Source of the DNA: Lepidodermella squamata
Lineage: Eukaryota; Animalia; Gastrotricha
Direction of reading: 5' to 3'
Assembly: GCA_047495785.1 (NCBI GenBank)
Contig: JBLDXI010000001.1
Span: 744,001-808,000, forward strand
Length of the DNA: 64,000 nucleotides
Shown: positions 55,781 to 64,000 of the stretch, one piece after another
Layout of the letters: each line of letters opens with the position of its first letter
How positions within the stretch are numbered: position 1 is the stretch's first letter
Made by a program: the position numbers and the translations under genes
Notes under the pieces: generated by a model
What the model was told of the DNA's origin: nothing
The model's input: the letters and a program-made list of their open reading frames with translations, nothing else
Databases searched by the model: none

Positions 55781-56933
55781 TCATTCAATGTTTGTTTCGT
55801 TGAGGCATGTTGTGCGCACGATCATCTCAGTGACAATGTAAGGGTCGCAGTTACTGGCCGGGCGACGGTCCTCCAGGTAGCCATAGCCATCGGCGGCGGT
55901 TTGGCGAGGAACGCGGATGGAGCAGCCGCGATTGGCGACGCCCCACGAGAATTTTCCGATGTGGGCGGTTTCGTGGTGGCCGGTCAGACGGCGCTCATTA
56001 CCCTTGCCGTAGTTCTTGATGTGAAGATTGTGGCGCGGTTCCAGTTTGGCAATAGCTTCTTCAATTGCTCTAAAGAAGTTGAACATCATTTAACATGTAC
56101 AAATACATGACAGAGACTTACTGCATTCCTTTCCCGGGCGTTCGCATAGCTTCCGTTGAGTAGTTCGTATGAGCTCCAGCTCCATTCCAGTCACCAGGAA
56201 TCGGCTTCGGGTCATACGTTATTACAACACCGTAATCTTCCGCAACTCGGTTCAGAAGGTAGCGTGCGACCCACAGCTGGTCGCCCATTTCAATACCCTC
56301 GCACGGGCCGACCTGGAACTCCCATTGAGCGGGCATGACCTCGGAGTTGGTGCCAGCGATCTTGATGCCAGCGTAGAGGCAGGCCTTGAAATGCGATTCC
56401 ATGATATCACGACCGAACGCCTTGCCAGCCCCTACCGAGCAATAGTAAGGGCCTTGAGGACCCGGATATCCATTCTTCGGCCAACCGAGCGGGTGCAAAT
56501 CAACGTCAAGCATCGTGTATTCCTGCTCGATACCAAACCATGGTATATCGCCTTTCGCTTTATCCATAGCTTCTTTACAGGTCTTGCGGTGATTCGTTTC
56601 AACAGGCTTATCCTGATAGTCATAGACATCGCACAGGACGATAATGTTGTCGCCTCGCAAGAATGGATCCGGATACATAGCTACAGGGTAGATGTAAACG
56701 TCAGAGTTCTGACCGCTCGCCTGTCCAGTTGACGAGCCATCAAAATTCCAGATTGGCAGTTCTTTCACATCGGTGGGCTTTTTATCCAACGCACGGGATT
56801 TGCCGCGGACGTTCTCGCCAGTGCCGTCGATCCAAATGTAGGTAGCGATTACGCGACCCCGCTGATCCAAATGCAAGTAGTTGTTAGTTATAGCTTTGTT
56901 CAAAATTTGAGACGGACCCCACATTCCTGACAT
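55781..56933 (-). CDS. GLUL: Glutamine synthetase type II, copy A (2 exons)
   Basis: [56 protein letters not shown] and GYLEDRRP. Confidence 0.95.
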
Positions 56934-58278
56934 TTTTAGGCTTAAATGCTATTTTCAAACAAGTTCAGTGTCTAGTGTTGCAAAATTAGATGGTTGATCT
57001 TTATTAAAAATGTCAAGGCTCGACAAAAAAAACTATAAGGAAGCATGAGACAGCATAGCTGCTCCTATGATTTGCACTTAGGAAAGAGGATGTCTGCGGT
57101 CTGTGGCCACATGACGTCCCGGGAAGTTCAATATAGCGATATGACCGCAAGGCAATCTTCTAATTAAATAGATACACATCAGTCAAGAGTCGAAGTTGTA
57201 TCTTGTCATGTGAGGAGTCGGCAGTGGAAAGCGTGTGTGTTGATGGGAATTGCTCGCCAATTTTAATGCCGTAATACACACAGACACACACATAGATCAG
57301 CATGTAAAACATGTCGCGTATACACACCACCGCAAGACGTATTATAAAGCGTTACTCTCCATCTCTGTGATGCTATTATTATTATTATCATGGTCATGTC
57401 GCCTGGTGTCATGTTAAGGTAAAAAAAAGGAATTAACCCCGTATTCCTGTTCTAGGGGTGCCAATCGGCAACGGAAGCTAAAAAAATTGAGAATAGAAAC
57501 GGTTTTAAATCTGAAGTTGCTTTCAAATCACTAAATTATAATGGATCACCTGATTGCAGATTGTGAAGCGCTACGCTTTCAAGTAATATATCGCTTCCGA
57601 GTATGTATCGATTTTTGCGAATAATTTCGCCGGTTTTTGAATGCCGTAGAGACCCTTTTTGGATGCGCGCAATATGACGCGTTTTGCCGCTGTCATCATG
57701 CCGAAATTGCGCCTTTCTACCTCTTTCACGGTCACATGCATCCAGGCACGTGCGCTGTACAAAAAAATACCTGCCATTTAATCAGAAATGCCGATAAACC
57801 CTGCCTACTGACGTCAGGGGTCGAACCAGGGCACGAGTCCATTACCCAGTTTTTAGCGTAGTAATTATGCATTCAGATGCCAACTGTCATATGAAAAAGG
57901 TGTGGACCGTGACAGCGACATTAATTTGATGCTTGAAAGGATTGAAAGCTTTATTGACCACTTAACATATTACAGTGCTAAGCTTGGTTAAGCAGAGGTG
58001 AGCAGGTGAGTTGTATCACGCTAATTCTGCATGGCCGCTTTTCCATGGAAACACTGAAGAAAAAAATGTAATGCACTGGTGAGATTGCCTTGGCAATGAA
58101 GGTTGCAGTCAAAAAGAGAAAATAAATATATTATTCTGAATAATATTCATTTTATTGAATTTTTTTATATACACTCAAGCTTGATCGGAGTCAATAAAAA
58201 ATAAGCATCAGAGCGGTAGCCTGAAATCAGTCAAATTACTTATACAGCGTAGGGTGAAGATACAGGTGTGTTAGCTGC

Positions 58279-59436
58279 TTAATCGGTGTTGGTTTCGTTA
58301 AGACAGGTCGTGCGAACGATCATCTCAGTGACAATGTAAGGGTCGCAGTTGCTGGCCGGGCGACGGTCCTCAAGATAGCCGTAGCCATCAGCGGCGGTTT
58401 GGCGAGGAACGCGGATGGAGCAGCCGCGGTTGGCAACGCCCCATGTGAATTTTCCGATGTGGGCGGTTTCGTGGTGGCCGGTCAGACGACGCTCGTTACC
58501 CTTGCCGTAGTTCTTAATGTGGATGGCGTGGCGCGGTTCCAACTTGGCGATAGCTTCTTCGATAGCCCTGAAAAATAATCATAGATTAAAATCTATTTAG
58601 ATAGGTTAGGGAGTGAAAACATACTTCATGCCGACACCAGGGGTACGCATGGCCTCAGTTGAGTAGTTGCTATGGCAACCAGCACCGTTCCAATCACCAG
58701 GGATGGGCTTAGGATCGTAGGTGATGACGACTCCGTAGTCCTCAGCAACGCGGTTCAGAAGGTAACGAGCAACCCACAGCTGGTCACCCATTTCAATACC
58801 CTCGCACGGGCCGACCTGGAACTCCCATTGAGCGGGCATGACCTCGGAGTTGGTGCCAGCGATCTTGATGCCAGCGTAGAGGCAGGCCTTGAAATGGGCC
58901 TCCATGATGTCACGGCCGAACGCCTTGGCAGCGCCAACCGCGCAGTAGTAGGGTCCCTGCGGGCCGGGGTAGCCGTTCTTCGGCCAGCCGAGGGGATGGA
59001 GATCGACGTCGAGCATGGTGTACTCCTGCTCAAGGCCGAACCACGGCTTCTCAGCCTTCGCCTTGTCCATGGCCTCTTTGCAGCTCTTGCGATAGTTGGT
59101 TGCGACAGGCTTGTCCTGATAGTCGTAGACGTCGCAAAGGACGATGATGTTGTCACCGCGGAGGAATGGATCCGGGTAAATGGCGACGGGATAGAGGTAG
59201 ACATCAGAGTTTTGGCCCGTAGCTTGACCAGTTGACGAGCCATCGAAGTTCCAGATTGGCAGTTCTTTCACATCGGTAGGCTTCTTATCCAACGCACGGG
59301 ATTTGCCGCGAACGTTCTCGCCACTGCCGTCGATCCAAATGTAGGTAGCGATAACACGGCCCCGCTGATCAAGGTCGAGGTAGGTATTGGTAATATTTTT
59401 GTTCAGAATTTGGTACGGTCCGAGCATAGCAGCCAT
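58279..59436 (-). CDS. GLUL: Glutamine synthetase type II, copy B (2 exons)
   Basis: Same motifs and intron position as copy A. A TATATAA lies on the minus strand at about 59531-59537. Confidence 0.95.
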
Positions 59437-61392
59437 GGTTGCTAGAGTTTATAGTGAGATTCTCAAAAATGAGTTGATGAAGAAAAACGTTGAATTAAAA
59501 CCACGGTTTAACACGCGAAATCGGCCAGCTTATATAACCTCGCGGGCCCGGGGTCGGGGAACTAGATGGCGACGTAGTGAAGTGGCGTCTTAATGACAAC
59601 AGGATTATGACGTATAGCAGCGGTCGTTCCGAGGGCAGCAAAAAATTCGCGCTTCTCAACACGTAGTAGTTATTCGTTCGCTTGAGAACAAAAGAAAAGT
59701 TTGCCGGCACATACGTGGTGAACAAACCGAAGCTACGTCGTCGAAATTACATAAAAAAGCGCTCTGTGTAGGTGACGTTTCACCGTTTGACACGCCGGCT
59801 CAGAAATTGTAGATTAAAGCAATATAATAATTTGAAATCAAATTCCTCCTCGTTGCATTGGTGGCTACCGCGTTGCCTGTCGTGTGTAAGCATAGCGGCT
59901 GGTGTGTAGCTTTAGGAAGTTTCCTGAACTAATATTTTTTGCCGACTACAAAAAATCTTAATAGGTTTTTGAAGAGAAAAAAACTCGTCCATGACGTCGA
60001 AATTGCGTGTCAATTTGACGTCACTTCCAACTTGACGTGAAAAAAATGACCTCGTGCGAAGCCCAAAGCGAATTTTCCAGCAGCCTTATACTGCCAGAAA
60101 ATACAGCGGCTACATTTTAATGCTGCCTTTTAGACACACCAGCAAAACGAAACGATTCGATGCTGTATACATATCCCTTTTTTGATTTGTTCCGATTCCC
60201 TTCGTTTCTTTTATCTGTTCCCTTTTTATCGATGAAAACCAATCAGTTTTCAAGCCATTTTTAAATTGTTGAGGATTTTTGTAAAATACACCTTTGTGTG
60301 GGGTAATTTGGCCGGGAAAGTCACCTAGACGCCAGTTTCTAATCAAGAAATTTATTTTCTCCACATTTTTGCGAAAGGGATATTCCTTGGCACCTACGCT
60401 ACAACCTCATCTTCGGAATCCGAAAACTGGTCTTGCTTTTACATGATCGGCATTTCCAGCCATCGATTTTTTTCATTAACTCGGATAGTGGGACCTTGGG
60501 ACACCGAAATATCACCCACAGATTCCTCTCGATGACATCTCTTTCACGACAAGAGTTTTAGTCTTATTTTTATGGCGTAATTCGGCCGATTTTCGGGAGC
60601 AAAATGCTCGTTAAAATATTTGAGCACGATGCCCTGTCGGAAATCCGTAGGCCGAGTTAAATTGTTTCAAAAGCTTTGGCTCAATTGGTCGCAAGCGGGC
60701 TCAAGTCATAGCCCGATTGGGGCAGAATTGGCAATAATCGTCTCATCATTGCAAGAAATACGCTTGCACCTTTCCTACAATTCGCCCTGATCGCTTTCAC
60801 CTGGACAGAATATATTGATTTTATCGGTTTTCGACTGGGGTTTGGGGTTTTTTCTTGGTTAAGATTTAATGTCTTTTGTTATTTATTTTGTGTTATGAAC
60901 GTTGAGCAGCTACTGGCTAGCTAAAAACCGTTCTTCCGGCCCCACGCCACGGTTCTAGGCTCATGTGTTGTTCGCTTTCGATCTTTCAATAGTATCCGTA
61001 ATTTGTCGCAGATTGCCACGGTTTGTTCTATGCCGCTGGATTTTCCTCAAATTTTCGGCTTTAGTTCTCAGTTGATTTTTTTTGTTTCATTCTGATGATG
61101 GTTGATGGTTTCCAGAAGGGTAAGATACCAGATGAAAAATGCTGAAAAATCTTACGCTCGCAGCGCTTTTGAAGTTGCGAGAATATCCTCGGGAAGAAGT
61201 AACTTCGAATCATCGGAACAACAATAACTTTCATCGGACCATTTTAAATTAACTATCGGAATAATTAATTATACACGAAACTTTTCATCGGAAAAGCACT
61301 ACTTATTCTGTTATCATACAATATTCCGATGAATATCATATTAAGCCACGACGATTGCCACCTCGAATTGAAGGTTGAACTTCGTTGACCTG

Positions 61393-61861
61393 GGGTGTGT
61401 TTTTTTAGTTCGGTCTGAAAGAAGTTCAGTTGGTCCGATTATTTTTCGAGCGGTCTGAAAGCGTCATGTGCGGCACGTGCCGTGAAAAGGGTGAAGACCA
61501 AGAAGACCGAGTTGCCAACATATCAAGTGAAAGGCGGCGACTAGTTCGATTGGAATCTGAGTAAAATTCAATTGAAAAAACCTAAAAATACCCCACATTA
61601 GGCCAAAAAAAGTTCTAGAGGTGAATGGTGTTGATATAATATGACCACATCCGTGGTCTTTTTAATGAATTTGTAGTAATTTGTGGTTATTTGTGGGCTA
61701 CTTATATTTGAACTAGTCACCCCCTTTCACTTGAGTTGGCAACTCGGTCTTCTTGGTTTTCACCCTTTTCACGGCACGTGCCGCACATGACGCATTCAGA
61801 CCGCTCGAAAAATAATCGGACCAACTGAACTTCTTTCAGACCGAACTAAAAAAACACACCC
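61393..61861. mobile_element. MITE with long TIRs, PIF/Harbinger-like
   Basis: 127-bp inverted repeats (61393-61519 / 61735-61861) with only two mismatches, extendable by about 25 bp past a small indel. Termini are GGG...CCC, and CTG is duplicated at 61390-61392 and 61862-61864. Confidence 0.9.
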
Positions 61862-64000
61862 CTGGGTTCCAGCCTGGGTCACCGAACGCCTGCGACCCCG
61901 TCTAGCCTCAACAGCTTCGACTGAATATTCCACTGTCTGGAAATCTGCAGAAGCCCGCGGGGCCACGTCCTCTTCCTCGTGATTGCGTGTTTGGCGTGGC
62001 AACTTCGCTAACCACTGAAACACTCGAGTTGGGGACGACTTGAACGGCATCATGGGAAATTGTAGTTTCATTAGGTACCCATTGAGGATTCCGCTTCAAC
62101 AGCAAAACTCCACGGCCACGTCCTCTTTCTCTTCCTTGACCACGACATCGCGTTGATAGATTGATAGCCACCTCAAGACCAACTGGAACATCAGGGTTGA
62201 CCGAAGGAGCGGCTACGATAGCAGAGCCACGCTGTTGAACGAGTGAAAGGGCAAGGCCATGGCGGGGAGGTATACCACGATTCCCGCGCAGACCAAGCGG
62301 AATCAACTGAAGCTCATGGCCGATTGTCCTCTCTCCGAGCTCATGCGCCAGGGTGGTAGCGTAAAGGCAGGGAATTATCTTCATTCCTTCTCGGCACGTG
62401 GCTGCATTCAATCCAACTACCTTCGAAGTAAACGAGGCAGCAAAAGTCGATAGAGCTTTCGAATTGAGCCAAACTGTCCAGGATCCTGAAGCTCGCGCTT
62501 CGCTGATCGAAGAGGATCCACATTCCAGCCTTGTTTTTGAACAATCCAACCGCTATCGGCGATTATCTCATATCCGTCTTTGAACTTGGTGTAAAGTTGA
62601 TAAGCTTCTTTATCGAGGCGATTGGTTAACTCAGGCGTAGTTCTCTGCCTTCAGCCTGTTTTGAGCGATTCACTACCATTATTAGTGGCGCAGAAATAAG
62701 ACGCGCATTCATATCAGCCTCTGGAACTAGACGGCTTCTCCTCCGATTATCCTTACAAAAAGCTAACTTCAATACCAAATTATGTTTCTAAAGTTTAGCG
62801 TTGTTCAATCCTGCCGTAGAAGAACTTTAAAATTGTTGAGAACTTGGACAGGTTAGAAGCCATGTAATCTGGCATGAAAAAGATTTGATTGTACAACCTT
62901 TGCCTCTCGGCACTCGCGGCGCGTTAACTTCCCTGATCTAATCTGATTCCCATTCTACTTTCTGGTACAAGCCAAGATCTTGGGACCAAGATGGCAAATA
63001 TTTTCCGATTATGTCTTCTGACTTTGGGCTCGCGATTTTAAGATTCTTCAGTATAGCTCGCAGCTGAGCAATATTAATTTTTAAATACCCTTTTCCCTTC
63101 GTTCTTCGTTGGAGTGTAAGTAGATCTTTGGACTAAGCTACTGAACTCTGAAGTCCCTAGAAAGTCATTTGGATCGCTTCGTTTTATAGCACCTGTATAC
63201 TCATCTTAGTTCTTCGAAAATGAATGCTAAACAAAGCCGAAATTGATGACATCTAATAGTGGGAATTTAATAATTATTCAGTGAGAAACATCGACGACAA
63301 CATTCCAAATAGGCCTTTTCTATACTTCGTGATTATTCCGTGATTATTGCGAAAAATTGAGAAGTAATTCATCTACATTTTTAAATTGGGTTCAAAGCTT
63401 GGTAGTGCTGATTTTCCATTTTTAACTTGTAAATTCACGCTCATTTTTCGCCTGTGATTAAATAGGGTTATTAACTTACGGACGGAGGATTGGCAAAGGA
63501 ATGTACCTAAATGCCTAGGAAGAGCAATGCCACCCACAACTGGAAAATTAGATTCTATCCTATTAGATTCTATCAGACATCAGCGCCGTAATTGGCCTAT
63601 TCTGGCAGCAGTGAGCTCATGCTTTGATCGAAGGTGGACCGAAAAGATGCCAAACAATCTTTACCGGCGTCACTACAACACAACCAAGAAACCAAGTGGT
63701 TTGCCATGAAACCACGGTGGCCATCTGTGGTGACAACTGGATGTGGCAAAGGAAATCGATCGTCGATCGCCAGTTGAGTGTTTAACATTTAAATGAAATG
63801 ACATTGTCGTGCCTGGGCTTTGTTACTTATTGCCACGGTCAGGGAACATCTCCGTTTCCTTGATCGAGCCATACAACAAACTGGCATGACTCAACGACTT
63901 AATAAACGGTTTCCTTGAGTACTTCCGAAATTATTTTTGGTGACTGTTTCATGCTATAACAACTCGACGATGCTAAAGGAAATAATCGAGGCAGGTTTTA

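Noticed and set aside
57805-57860. GGTTCGACCCC (tRNA B-box-like) on the minus strand
   Set aside because: I could not build a cloverleaf or find an A-box. tRNAscan-SE would settle it.
56169-59235. Two similar 187-aa plus-strand ORFs (56169-56732 and 58672-59235)
   Set aside because: They are antisense shadows of the two glutamine synthetase genes, and their similarity follows from the duplication.
60110-61300. Fragmentary minus-strand frames, including WKCRSCK
   Set aside because: Multiple stops and too little similarity to name a gene or element.

Overview
Gene-dense animal (metazoan) nuclear DNA with short introns (mostly about 50-60 bp), so the supplied ORF track splits most genes. I assembled the exons by hand. 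From left to right: the 5' part of a DmX-like (Rabconnectin-3 alpha) gene, an MTMR10/11/12-type myotubularin pseudophosphatase, an intronless phosphatidylserine synthase 2, a young 5'-truncated LINE with an exact 20-bp target-site duplication, Tip60/KAT5, a divergent nuclear receptor, a predicted myristoylated NEK-like pseudokinase fused to an NHL-type propeller, BMP1/tolloid, a NET1/ARHGEF3 RhoGEF, a micro-exon-rich nicotinic receptor alpha subunit, two tandem glutamine synthetases and two MITE-like elements. The dominant feature is an expansion of ten secreted, PLAT-less pancreatic-lipase-family genes. Their lid loops range from 4 to about 51 residues, and the five longest carry polybasic furin-type sites. 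All family assignments come from recalled motif similarity, not database searches.
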